From the NCBI GenBank assembly GCA_040756875.1, contig JBFLYH010000001.1, forward strand, positions 928,001-992,000: a stretch of DNA of 64,000 nucleotides, written 5' to 3'. The notes beneath the pieces are model-generated. The model saw only the letters and a list, made by a program, of their open reading frames with translations, was not told where the DNA came from and did not search any database. This DNA is from a candidate division FCPU426 bacterium. GTDB lineage: Bacteria > Oederibacteriota > JAAXVQ01 > JAUVAV01. Both the position numbers and the translations under genes were made by a program. Below are positions 18,758 through 27,627 of this stretch, one piece after another. Each line of letters starts with the position of its first letter. Position 1 is the first letter of the stretch.

Positions 18758-19993
18758 TCAGGTCCACCGTGCGGAAACCAGCGCAGCCGTGGACCAGGCG
18801 GCCTGAAGATCATACCCTCCGCTGTCGCCGTCGATATCCAGTACTTCGCCCGCGAAATACAGGCCCGGCACCAGCCGCGATTCCATGGTTTTCGGGTTGA
18901 CCTCATCCAAACACACGCCGCCGCAGGTCACCATGGCCACGTCGAACCCGCCCAGGCCGGCGATGGTCAGCGGGAATTCCAGAAGCAGCCGCAGCAGGGT
19001 TTGGCGCTTCGCACGGTGCAATTGCCCCACCGCCTCTTCGGGGCGTATCCCGGCCAGGTTCAGCAATTTCCGGTTCAGGGCCTGAGTCAGGCGGAACGGT
19101 TTCAGCCAGGCGCCGGCTTTGACCTGGCCGGCGCGTTCCATTCCGGCCCACGCTTCCTGTTTGAACGCCTCAGGCTGACGGGCCGAGACCAGGGCCAGGG
19201 TCACCCGGTCTCCGGCAACGGCATAACGCGACAAATTGTGCACCACCGGCCCGGAGATCCCGTGATGGGTCACCACCAGGTCCCCGGCCAGGGTTTTTAT
19301 TTTCCGATCACGGCGCCATAAGCTGACTTCCATGCGTTTGAAGGAAGTGCCGGCCAGATCGGCCAGGGAAAAGTCGCGGATGAAAAAAGGCGTCAACCCC
19401 GGCCGCGGCGGCACGATGGCATGCCCCAGGGAACGGGCCAGGGCATAGCCGTCTCCGGTGGAACCGGTGGCCGGGTAGGACTTCCCTCCCGTGGCGATGA
19501 CCACGCTTCCGGCCGCATAACTCTCTCCGTTGGAAGCAACCCGGAACCCCGTTCCTTCACTCCGGCGGATTTGGCTCACCCCCTGCCGCAATTTGATCTC
19601 AACCCCTTCGTCGCGGCAGGCGCCCAGGAGCGCGTCCAGAATATCGCGGGCTTTGCGGGATTCGGGAAAAATTTTGCCGGTTTCTTTCACGGTTGCGGAT
19701 TCCACTCCGTGGCGCCGGAAAAAAGCCACGGCATCCCGGTTGGTGAAATGAAACAAAGCGGGCTTCAACCAGCGGCCGTGATCACCGTAGGCATCAATGA
19801 AATCCAGGATGGGACCGTCATGGGTGAAATTGCATTGGCCTGAACCGGTCAGAAGGAGCTTGCGCCCGGCCTGGGGTTGCTTCTCAAGCGCCAATACCGA
19901 GCGGCCTTTTTTGGCGGCTTGCAGCGCCGCAAACAAGCCGGCCGGCCCGGCACCAGCCACAATCACGTCCCACTCCGGCTGCGTCGCTTTCAC
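18758..19993 (-). CDS. HI0933/BaiN-family NAD(P)/FAD-dependent oxidoreductase
   Basis: GAGPAG, GRKLL.TG.G.CNFT, ATGGKSYP.TGSTGDG, TH.GISGP, VT.GGV, GE.LDIDG.SGGY.LQ.A. Confidence 0.93.
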   Translation of the reverse strand: MKATQPEWDVIVAGAGPAGLFAALQAAKKGRSVLALEKQPQAGRKLLLTGSGQCNFTHDGPILDFIDAYGDHGRWLKPALFHFTNRDAVAFFRRHGVESATVKETGKIFPESRKARDILDALLGACRDEGVEIKLRQGVSQIRRSEGTGFRVASNGESYAAGSVVIATGGKSYPATGSTGDGYALARSLGHAIVPPRPGLTPFFIRDFSLADLAGTSFKRMEVSLWRRDRKIKTLAGDLVVTHHGISGPVVHNLSRYAVAGDRVTLALVSARQPEAFKQEAWAGMERAGQVKAGAWLKPFRLTQALNRKLLNLAGIRPEEAVGQLHRAKRQTLLRLLLEFPLTIAGLGGFDVAMVTCGGVCLDEVNPKTMESRLVPGLYFAGEVLDIDGDSGGYDLQAAWSTAALVSARWT

Positions 19994-20002
19994 CGGCCGG
20001 GG

Positions 20003-20359
20003 TCAGCTTCCCAGCCAGGCCACTGCGTCCGCCTCGGATGTGGCGAAACGCAATTGCCGGCCTTGGTTGCACTCATACATGAATTCCCTGAAGCGGGAGC
20101 TGGCGACCGCCTTAAAGTCGCCCAGAATGGCGGCTTGGATGGAATAGTTCGAAAATTTCTGGAGTATTTCGCCGGCCAATTTAGTCTTCAAATCATAAAA
20201 CTCCGGCGCAAAGTTGGTCTCATGGAATAAAAATCGGCTAATGTCATACTCATAGACCTGCCCCAGCAGATCCAGGGCATCTTGGGGGGTGCGCATGACG
20301 GTATCCTGAGTGGTGCACCGCAGATAGGGTTTTTTCTCCGATGTCATCAGGGCAAACAA
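20003..20359 (-). CDS. DUF4180 domain protein
   Basis: QDALDL, FYDLKT.LAGEILQKFSNY..AI.GDF, FREF.YE.N.G. Confidence 0.88.
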   Translation of the reverse strand: MFALMTSEKKPYLRCTTQDTVMRTPQDALDLLGQVYEYDISRFLFHETNFAPEFYDLKTKLAGEILQKFSNYSIQAAILGDFKAVASSRFREFMYECNQGRQLRFATSEADAVAWLGS

Positions 20360-20385
20360 GGCAGGTTCTCCTCAACGTTCCCGGT

Positions 20386-20931
20386 CTAGTCCCAACTGAC
20401 GAGGCATTTCAAGGCCTCGCGGTCCTGGGCGTCGATCTCGGTGCGCACATTTTTCAAACCGATCATCTCGAACAACCTTTGCAGGTAACCGCTTAAAAGT
20501 TCCAGGTAGGGTTGGGCCATATCCGGATACTGCGTTACGGTCAATACGGCTTGCTTGGTGCCTGGCACCATCCTGCCTGAACCCAGGCCTTTGCGGTTGA
20601 AAGTCCCCCAGAATTTTTCCATGCTTGCAACCACGTATTCAACGCTGACAATGCGGATCAGGATTTTATAAATTCCCCCAAAATCCTCGCCGGCCAGTTC
20701 GTAGCCGAAATGGCCGAAATCGGCCCGATGACTGGGGTACAGAATCGGCAGGGCCTTGCGGACAATGGCGAAATTCATGTCGCTGTCGACCCAGCTGACA
20801 GGGAGTGCGTGCTGATAGACTTCCGCCTCCTCAGCCGTCAGCACATCCAGAAATTCGCGTTCCCTGGCTCCCCCGGCTTTAATAAACAATTTCTTCAAGA
20901 AGGTTATGTCCGTCGCTTTGTAATCCAGCAT
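20386..20931 (-). CDS. Hypothetical protein (DUF2378/V4R-like fold suspected)
   Basis: LP.SWV, G..LA..D.GGIYK.L.R, W..F..G, GY..LFE..G.KNV and terminal W resemble the DUF2378-like family. Confidence 0.55.
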   Translation of the reverse strand: MLDYKATDITFLKKLFIKAGGAREREFLDVLTAEEAEVYQHALPVSWVDSDMNFAIVRKALPILYPSHRADFGHFGYELAGEDFGGIYKILIRIVSVEYVVASMEKFWGTFNRKGLGSGRMVPGTKQAVLTVTQYPDMAQPYLELLSGYLQRLFEMIGLKNVRTEIDAQDREALKCLVSWD

Positions 20932-21042
20932 GCTTCCTCTTCGAGGTTTTCGAATCTGCGGTTTCCGAAAAGTCCGAAACGTTTTTTCTTCGGGCAGATG
21001 CTCGCGCCCCGATCAGCGCCAGGCGCCGGAGAATGCCGGCGT

Positions 21043-21219
21043 CTACTTTTTTCCCATGACCCGTCCGCAGCAGATCATACTGCTTTCGGCAGCCCCCCAG
21101 TCGTTAATGGTTACGATTCGGCCGCATTCGTAGCAGATCAGCCTGGGCTTGCGGCTGGAGGCTTTTTTGGCAGCCTTCTTCACCGGGTGTTTTTTAGCAG
21201 CTTTTTTTCTCGTCGCCAT
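21043..21219 (-). CDS. Small protein with Lys/Ala-rich N-terminus and a desulforedoxin-like CxxC-x17-CC domain
   Basis: MATRKKAAKKHPVKKAAKKASSRKPRLICYECGRIVTINDWGAAESSMICCGRVMGKK; RBS GGAGGG before ATG 21219. Confidence 0.75.
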   Translation of the reverse strand: MATRKKAAKKHPVKKAAKKASSRKPRLICYECGRIVTINDWGAAESSMICCGRVMGKK

Positions 21220-21348
21220 TTTCCCTCCGTGCCTGTCAAGGCGGCTAGGTTGGTAGGCGAATTTTAAACCCAAGTCGCCTGCTTGAAAAGCAAATTCAAC
21301 CGCGTTTGTAATGCGGGCAAACTGAAAATACAAACCTTTAGCCTGGGC

Positions 21349-21357
21349 TGGTATAAT
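21349..21357 (+). promoter_or_regulatory. Extended -10 sigma70 promoter element
   Basis: TGGTATAAT (TGnTATAAT) about 40 bp upstream of ATG 21400. Confidence 0.5.
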
Positions 21358-21399
21358 AGCGGCGGTTCCGGATCGTAAATCCGCCCAGGACGTACGAAC

Positions 21400-22689
21400 A
21401 TGCGCGCGCTTTCATGCAGTCTCATCGGCAGTTGGGTGCTGTTAACGGTAGTCTGCCCGCCGGCTGCCGCGGTATGGCAGGTGGAAACCGTGGACAGTGC
21501 AGGCAAGGTGGGTTGGTATTCCTCCCTGGCTTGCGACAGCCAGGACCAGCTGCACGTCAGTTATTTCGACGAATCCAACGGCGCCTTGAAATACGCCCGC
21601 TGGAACGGTTCGGACTGGGCCGTGCAGACCGTGGACGCGGATGATTGCGGCCGATACACCTCCCTGGCCCTCGACGCGCAGGACCGGCCGCACATCACGT
21701 ATGCCGGTTCAGGGCTGCGCTATGCCCGCTGGACCGGTAAAAAGTGGGAAATCACCCAGGTAACGCGCGACTACGTGCAATTCTCCACTTCCCTGGCCCT
21801 GGGGCCCGACGGCACCTGCCAGATCGCCTACAATGCCGGCCAGCGTCTGGCTTATGCCCGCCAGGACGGCCGAGCCTGGCAAATTCAGATGCTGGATGTG
21901 CGCGGCGGACCCATGGATTGCGACCTGGCCCTGGACCGCAGGGGTTGGGCGCGCATTGTAACCGTGATCAACCGCTCAGACGACCTCAAACTGCTGGCTT
22001 GGAACGGAAAGGCCTGGCTCCCGAACGATCCACCGGCCACGCCGGCTAATGACGGTTACTGGCCTTCCCTGGCCGTGGATGCCGCAGGCGGCCTGCACGT
22101 CAGTTCCTGGGAGTCGAACCACGGCCGACATTCCTCGGGCAACCTGCAGTACCGTTATTTCGACGGCAAACGATGGTTCCTGGAACTGCCGGACACTGAA
22201 GGCGACACGGGCTGGTACAGCTCGCTGGCGTTGGATAGCGAAGGCAATGTACACGTGGGATACCACAACCATACTGACTGGGACCTGAAATACGCCGTCA
22301 AACGCAACGGCACCTGGCACAACCAGGTCGTGGACGCGTCCGGGCAGGTGGGTTATTCGGCTTCCCTGGCCTTGGATACCCGCGGCCGGCCGCGTATCAG
22401 CTATTATGACGTCGGCCAGCACGACCTGAAAGTGGCGCGCTGGCGCGAAGGCACCAACACGGTCTCCGGAGCGGTGGTAAACAGCGGGCCCGTGGTGGTG
22501 TTTTTGCGCAGCCAAACGCTCCTGGCCAGCACCCGCACGGACCGCCAGGGCCGTTTCCGTTTCGACCAGGTGCCGACCGGCGAATACGCGGTTGCTCCGG
22601 CCGGACGAGGCCGGGCGTTCCAGCCGCAACAAGCCTTCATCCTTCTCGACCACGACACCCGCAAGGAAATAAGCTTCACCGGACGTTAA
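21400..22689 (+). CDS. Secreted beta-propeller protein with C-terminal prealbumin/carboxypeptidase-regulatory-like domain
   Basis: Signal peptide; repeated W..ETVD..G.Y.SLALD..G.PHISY..LKYA blades; C-terminal TD..GRF.F..VP.G.Y.V.P. Confidence 0.8.
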   Translation: MRALSCSLIGSWVLLTVVCPPAAAVWQVETVDSAGKVGWYSSLACDSQDQLHVSYFDESNGALKYARWNGSDWAVQTVDADDCGRYTSLALDAQDRPHITYAGSGLRYARWTGKKWEITQVTRDYVQFSTSLALGPDGTCQIAYNAGQRLAYARQDGRAWQIQMLDVRGGPMDCDLALDRRGWARIVTVINRSDDLKLLAWNGKAWLPNDPPATPANDGYWPSLAVDAAGGLHVSSWESNHGRHSSGNLQYRYFDGKRWFLELPDTEGDTGWYSSLALDSEGNVHVGYHNHTDWDLKYAVKRNGTWHNQVVDASGQVGYSASLALDTRGRPRISYYDVGQHDLKVARWREGTNTVSGAVVNSGPVVVFLRSQTLLASTRTDRQGRFRFDQVPTGEYAVAPAGRGRAFQPQQAFILLDHDTRKEISFTGR

Positions 22690-22802
22690 GCCGCTTCTTT
22701 CCGCCCTTTTATTCCTCTTCATTTTCCGCCCCATTCTGCCGATGCTTTAACATAGCTCCACTTCGGAAGACACGCGCCTTGACCTCATGGGAGGAAACGA
22801 AC

Positions 22803-23990
22803 ATGCGCCTTGCGACTGCTTCAAAATTTGGGGGAGCCCTGCTGCTGATTCTGATCACAGCCAGCCAAAGCCAGGCTGCTGGCTACCAGCACATCCGGCA
22901 GAAGATGAATTACCAAGGCATGCTGACCAATACCAGCGGAACCCCGTATACCGGGACACGCAGCCTGACCTTCCGCCTCTACGACCAATCGTCCGGCGGC
23001 AGCGCCTTGTGGACCGAAACCCAGAGCACGGTGGCTGTTGCCAACGGCATCTTCAATGTCGTCCTGGGCAGCGTCAATTCAATCAACGTCCCTTTCCGCA
23101 AGGAATACTGGCTGGAAATCCAGGTGGAAGCCGAGACCATGACCCCGCGCCACCTCCTTTCCAACGCCTCGTACGCCATGGCCAGCCGCAAGGTCGTGTA
23201 CCAGCAGGTGATCACCGTGGCCCATGACGGCGGAGACACCTGCACGGTCTACAGCGCCCTGCAAATGATCGCAGCGGAAAGCCCGACCCCGGCCGCGAGC
23301 GACCAATGGGTGATCGAGGTGCAGGCCGGAACCTTCACCGAAAGCAACGACCTCACACTGCCGGACGGCGTCAGCCTGCGCGGCCAGGGATGGAACACCA
23401 CCACGCTCAATCTGGCCGGCCTGGCCCTGACCATCGGCAGTAGTTGCGGTGTGGAATCCCTGACTTTGAACATGAGCGGCAGCGCGGGCAAGATTAGCAT
23501 GGCGAGCACGGTCAACAGCCATATCCGGGAATGCAACATCATCACCAACCAAGCCACGCCGTATGTGTTGAACATGCAGGGCACGGTCAATTGCGATTTC
23601 AGCGACAACCAGGTGCTGGCCCAGACCAGCGGTCTGTATATCCTGTACATCCAGACCGCCCAGGATGCGCGGGTGACCAACAACTTCATCGACCTGACCC
23701 AAATCACGGGTGGCACGGGGATTTTCGCCAATAACATCACGCGGACCATGGTCTTGAACAACATTATCCGCTTTGAAGGCACCACGGACAGTTCCTGGGG
23801 CATCCAGATCAACAACAACACGTCGAATAGCCGCGTCAGTTACAACGTTTTTCATGGCGAAGCGACCACTCCGAACGCGCGGGACATTTACAATACGACC
23901 ACTGCCGCTTATCCGGTCCGGCCCACGCACACCGGGCCTTACGGCATTTGCAACCATGGCAGCGACGGGTCGGAACTTCCGGCTTTCTAA
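22803..23990 (+). CDS. Secreted protein with N-terminal YQG-type Ig-like domain and beta-helix C-terminus
   Basis: Signal peptide; MNYQGMLTN..G.P..G..LTFRLYD..GG..LWTETQ..V.V.NG.F.V.LG; I.VQAGTF.E..GVSL.G.G followed by Asn-rich beta-helix repeats. Confidence 0.8.
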   Translation: MRLATASKFGGALLLILITASQSQAAGYQHIRQKMNYQGMLTNTSGTPYTGTRSLTFRLYDQSSGGSALWTETQSTVAVANGIFNVVLGSVNSINVPFRKEYWLEIQVEAETMTPRHLLSNASYAMASRKVVYQQVITVAHDGGDTCTVYSALQMIAAESPTPAASDQWVIEVQAGTFTESNDLTLPDGVSLRGQGWNTTTLNLAGLALTIGSSCGVESLTLNMSGSAGKISMASTVNSHIRECNIITNQATPYVLNMQGTVNCDFSDNQVLAQTSGLYILYIQTAQDARVTNNFIDLTQITGGTGIFANNITRTMVLNNIIRFEGTTDSSWGIQINNNTSNSRVSYNVFHGEATTPNARDIYNTTTAAYPVRPTHTGPYGICNHGSDGSELPAF

Positions 23991-24002
23991 AAGGACATCT
24001 CC

Positions 24003-25310
24003 ATGCCAAACCGGTTGTGGCGGATAGGATTGGTTTTCATCGCTGCGCTTTGCCTGGGTTCCCGGCCATCGGTTTGGGCGCACAGCAACTTCACCTCAGC
24101 CAGCTACATTGGAGCGGATGATGTCCAGGCGTCGGGCGGCAATACAGTCGCTTCAACCTCCTACCAGGCATTAAACACGATCGCCCAGACCGGCATCGAA
24201 ACTTTATCTTCGACCAGCTACGTCCTTTTCGCCGGATTTGTCCACCCGCTGGCCGCGACGCCCACGCCGACGCCCACATGCAGCAGCACGATAACTCCGA
24301 CAGTCACGCCGACACCCACGCGTACCGTTACGCCGACAGTCACCCCTACCTCAACCGCCACTCCGACAGCGAGCAGCACTTCCACGGGCACGATCACGGT
24401 CACTGCCAGTCTCACAGCCACGGTTACCGTCACTTCTACCGGAACGCCAACCGCCACTTTCACTGGAACTCCGACCGTCACTTCCACTGGCACAGCCACC
24501 GCCTCCGCCACTTCCACCTGCACGATCAGCACCACCATCACTCCGGGCAGCAGCCCCACTTTTACACCCACGCCTTCGGGCACTGCGAGCCGCACGCATA
24601 CGCCGACCGCCACGTCCACGGGAACCGCCACCTCAACGGTCACGGCCAGCGCCACCCATACGCCCGGCGACAGCCCGACAGCCACCGCCACGGGCTCACT
24701 CACGGCAACCCGCACTTGCACGCCGACCGTCACGGTCACCCGCACGGCCACAATCACCCCTACGGCCATCGCCACGTTTACTGCCAGTCTGACTGCCAGC
24801 GCCAGTGCGACCGCCACTCCTTTCCCCACTTCCACTGCGACGCCCACACCCAGCCCGACTTCAAACCCGGCCGGCACCGCTTCCCCGACCGCTTCCTATT
24901 CCGCTACCGCCATCCCCGCCGCAACGTTCACGTCCACAGCCGCGCCGGTTGTTCCGGCGGCGACGTCAACCCCGACTGCCACCGCCACGCTTGCTGCGCC
25001 GGCGGTTCCGGCCGAAAACGTCCCAGCCCGATTCTTCCCCAACCCGGCCTCCAAACGCTCGGGAGGAGCTTTCCGGTGCGTACTCAACGAGCGGACAGTG
25101 CCGGGCTCGAATCCATCAGAACCTTACCGGGTGCTGATCGAATGGTTTAACGCGGCGGGCGAACGCGTGGTTGCAGTCTCAGCGGTTTATCCCGCGGGGA
25201 CCCAGGTCATCCGTCTGGAAACAGCGGGGCTGAGCAGCGGAATTTACCTCTACCGGATAACAGCCAACAACCAGAAACTGGCTTCGGGCAAGGTGGCGCT
25301 GCTGGAATAA
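24003..25310 (+). CDS. Secreted protein: small Ser/Thr-rich head, long Thr/Pro stalk, T9SS-type-A-like C-terminal domain
   Basis: Signal peptide; head ASGG..STSY..TIAQ..SSTSY.LFAGF; Thr-rich region ~24255-25010; FFPNPA..WFNAAGERV..LSSGIYLYRI..GKVALLE. Confidence 0.8.
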   Translation: MPNRLWRIGLVFIAALCLGSRPSVWAHSNFTSASYIGADDVQASGGNTVASTSYQALNTIAQTGIETLSSTSYVLFAGFVHPLAATPTPTPTCSSTITPTVTPTPTRTVTPTVTPTSTATPTASSTSTGTITVTASLTATVTVTSTGTPTATFTGTPTVTSTGTATASATSTCTISTTITPGSSPTFTPTPSGTASRTHTPTATSTGTATSTVTASATHTPGDSPTATATGSLTATRTCTPTVTVTRTATITPTAIATFTASLTASASATATPFPTSTATPTPSPTSNPAGTASPTASYSATAIPAATFTSTAAPVVPAATSTPTATATLAAPAVPAENVPARFFPNPASKRSGGAFRCVLNERTVPGSNPSEPYRVLIEWFNAAGERVVAVSAVYPAGTQVIRLETAGLSSGIYLYRITANNQKLASGKVALLE

Positions 25311-25460
25311 TACGGCCGAGGCTGGTGTTATTGAAAATCCCGAACCCCTTCCGTGCCATTTTCGCCGCGTCCTCTTCACACAGCAGGCCTAACAACGATC
25401 TTACTGTTCATTTCAAGCCATGATAAAATTCGTTTCATTCAAAAAGCTCAAGCGGATACC

Positions 25461-25868
25461 ATGGATGAACGCATAACCTATTGCGGCGGGCGCTGCGATT
25501 TGTGCCTCCGCTATATCGCCACCCAAAGCAAAGATCCCGCGCAACTGGCTGCCGTGGCCGAGTTATGGCACCGGCTGGGATGGCGGGACCGTATCCTCTC
25601 GGCCGATGAGATTTCCTGCCAGGGCTGCACGCCGTCTTCCTGGTGCCGCTATGGCATTGCCGCCTGCGCAGCCGGGCGGAACGTGGCCAACTGCGGCGAA
25701 TGCGCCGATTACCCGGATTGCACCCGGCTGCAGGACATGTTCCAACGCAATGCCGTGTACCATGAAATTTGCAAGCAGCGTTGCACACCCGAGGAATACG
25801 CCCGCCTGCGGGAATCCAGTTTCAGCAAACGTCGGTATTTGGATAAAGCGCAGAAGAATAAACCGTAA
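25461..25868 (+). CDS. DUF3795 domain Cys-rich protein
   Basis: ITYCGGRCDLC..Y.AT, CQGC, C..I..CA..V.NCGEC.DYP.C. Confidence 0.85.
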   Translation: MDERITYCGGRCDLCLRYIATQSKDPAQLAAVAELWHRLGWRDRILSADEISCQGCTPSSWCRYGIAACAAGRNVANCGECADYPDCTRLQDMFQRNAVYHEICKQRCTPEEYARLRESSFSKRRYLDKAQKNKP

Positions 25869-25992
25869 ATGTTTATACAATGCGTTTCTTAAACGGGAGT
25901 TAAAAAACGCCGACTCGAGACTGGCAATTGTATATATCAGATTCAAACGGGCGGGCGTAAAACCAGCGAACAAATCCCACTCTTGACTAGTC

Positions 25993-27177
25993 CTATTGTC
26001 CTAAAGCGGCTCTCAGCGGCATGGATATGATCACGAATTCCGCGGGTTTGAGCGGGGCGAATCCCACCTGAAGATTGACCCGCCCCTGGGCCCGGTCCGC
26101 GGCCGTGGTGGTGGTCGTATCGCACCGGACAAAATACGCGTGCCCGGGCGCGGAACCTTGAAACGCGCCTTGTTGAAACAAAGTGTGCATGAAAGCCTGG
26201 ACGCTCGCGCGAATCCGGGCCCACAAGGGCTCGTCATTCGGCTCAAAGACCGTCCACTGCAAGCCACGGCGCAGGCTTTCCTCCAGAAACAGCGCAGTCC
26301 GCTTGACGGACAAATACTTATACTCACCACCGTACTGATCATCTCCGGCCAGCGTTCGCGCACCCCAGCTGACCAGCTTCCCGCCAACCGTCCGCAAGGC
26401 ATTGACGCCCATGGCATTCAACCGGGTATGTTCTTCCTCAGACACCTCCAGCGCCAGGCCCGCGAGGCCGCGCAGGTCAGCCTCGGTTCCGGCCGGCGCT
26501 TTCCAAACCCCGCGGCTGCTGTCCATGCGGCCCAGCAGGCCCGCCAGAACGCCGCTTGCTCCCAGGGCCACTTCTCCCCCGTTCTCCGCGACCCTGACCC
26601 GCGGGTAATGCAGCACGCAGTGTTCCCGCGCCAAACCAGCGCGCACCGCAGGCAGGCCCTGGGCCGGATCCAAAATTTTTTCCACTGAGGTCCATTCAGG
26701 AAGAGGGTCCAAGAGCAGCAGGGCCCGGCGCTTGCGGCAAAATTCGCTGGCCGGTCCCCACAAACTCGTCTGGGTGGCTGTGTTCTGGGTTGCATCCTGG
26801 GGCAGAATGAGCAGGTTGAACAGTTCTACTTCGCGGTCAACGAGTTCAAAAGCGTCCAGGTAATCCGAAAGCTGCGGCGTTTGGCTTCCATCCGCCTCTG
26901 TTCCCCCGGTATTTCGCCCGATCCGAAAGACGTAACAACCGGTGCCGCCATTGGCGAAAAAGAAACGTATTGCCCGGGCTAATTCGCTGTTCTTAGCGCC
27001 ATCGGCAAATTCGTCTTCAAAGTCTTGAGCCGTTTGGCAAAAAACCGGCTTCTGCAGGGGCCCGGCCTGGAGTTGGCCGATAAAGAGCGCCGTGGAGGTG
27101 GAAACCCCGGCAATAGGCCGTACTCCGGACGGGACGTCTTCGATCTCTACGCCTGGCAACGGTTCGTCGGTTGGCAT
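25993..27177 (-). CDS. Phage/contractile injection system tail sheath protein (orphan)
   Basis: PGV.IE.VPSG..PIAGV.TS...FIG, FF.NGG..CYV, GVWKAPAG, LN..GVN.LR, WGARTL, Y..V.R, W.VFEPND..LW..IR, AYFV.CD, VGFAPLKPAEFV. Confidence 0.92.
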   Translation of the reverse strand: MPTDEPLPGVEIEDVPSGVRPIAGVSTSTALFIGQLQAGPLQKPVFCQTAQDFEDEFADGAKNSELARAIRFFFANGGTGCYVFRIGRNTGGTEADGSQTPQLSDYLDAFELVDREVELFNLLILPQDATQNTATQTSLWGPASEFCRKRRALLLLDPLPEWTSVEKILDPAQGLPAVRAGLAREHCVLHYPRVRVAENGGEVALGASGVLAGLLGRMDSSRGVWKAPAGTEADLRGLAGLALEVSEEEHTRLNAMGVNALRTVGGKLVSWGARTLAGDDQYGGEYKYLSVKRTALFLEESLRRGLQWTVFEPNDEPLWARIRASVQAFMHTLFQQGAFQGSAPGHAYFVRCDTTTTTAADRAQGRVNLQVGFAPLKPAEFVIISMPLRAALGQ

Positions 27178-27236
27178 ACGGGGTCCCTTTCCCGCGAGTT
27201 TCATCAAGCACCCAGGGTTCCGACCGTTCCTTCATT

Positions 27237-27336
27237 CCAGCCAGGAGTCGAATCCCGGCTTTCACCGCGTTCGTCGGCCCCCGCACACTTTGATTATCGT
27301 TTATCCGGCGTTTAATCCGGATTGCATCTTTGGCGT
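27237..27336 (-). repeat. Diverged inverted copy of the tRNA-Arg 3' end plus downstream flank (partner at 31760-31876)
   Basis: The minus strand reads ACGCCA..CCGGATTAAACGCCGGATAAAC..GTGT..GCCGACGA..AGCCGGGATTCGACTCCTG. 19 bp are identical to 31855-31873. Confidence 0.75.
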
Positions 27337-27532
27337 GGCACCAGCACCTACGATAGAACTATATCTCTGTTTACATCCCAGTCCAACCAGGGCCACATAT
27401 TAGTATATATGCCCTTTATAGGTCAACCGAGAGGTCAATTTTGGATCTATTTTCGGGTCCGCAAGCGGGTGTCGAAACGGCCATTTAACGCTTATTTTGT
27501 CCTTTTTGTCCGGCTTTTTTAAAGCCAATTTC

Positions 27533-27627
27533 GTATAACTCTTTTATTTCCAATTTGTTTTTAATGTCCATATCTCGAAAGCGGACATTTAATAAATTTG
27601 TGCTTGGATTAATATAATAAGTTAGCG
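27533..27627 (-). other. attC-like imperfect palindrome directly after the helicase stop codon
   Basis: 95 bp. Coding strand CGCTAAC...TCCAA...AATGTCC-13 nt-GGACATT...TTGGA...GTTATAC. Confidence 0.45.
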
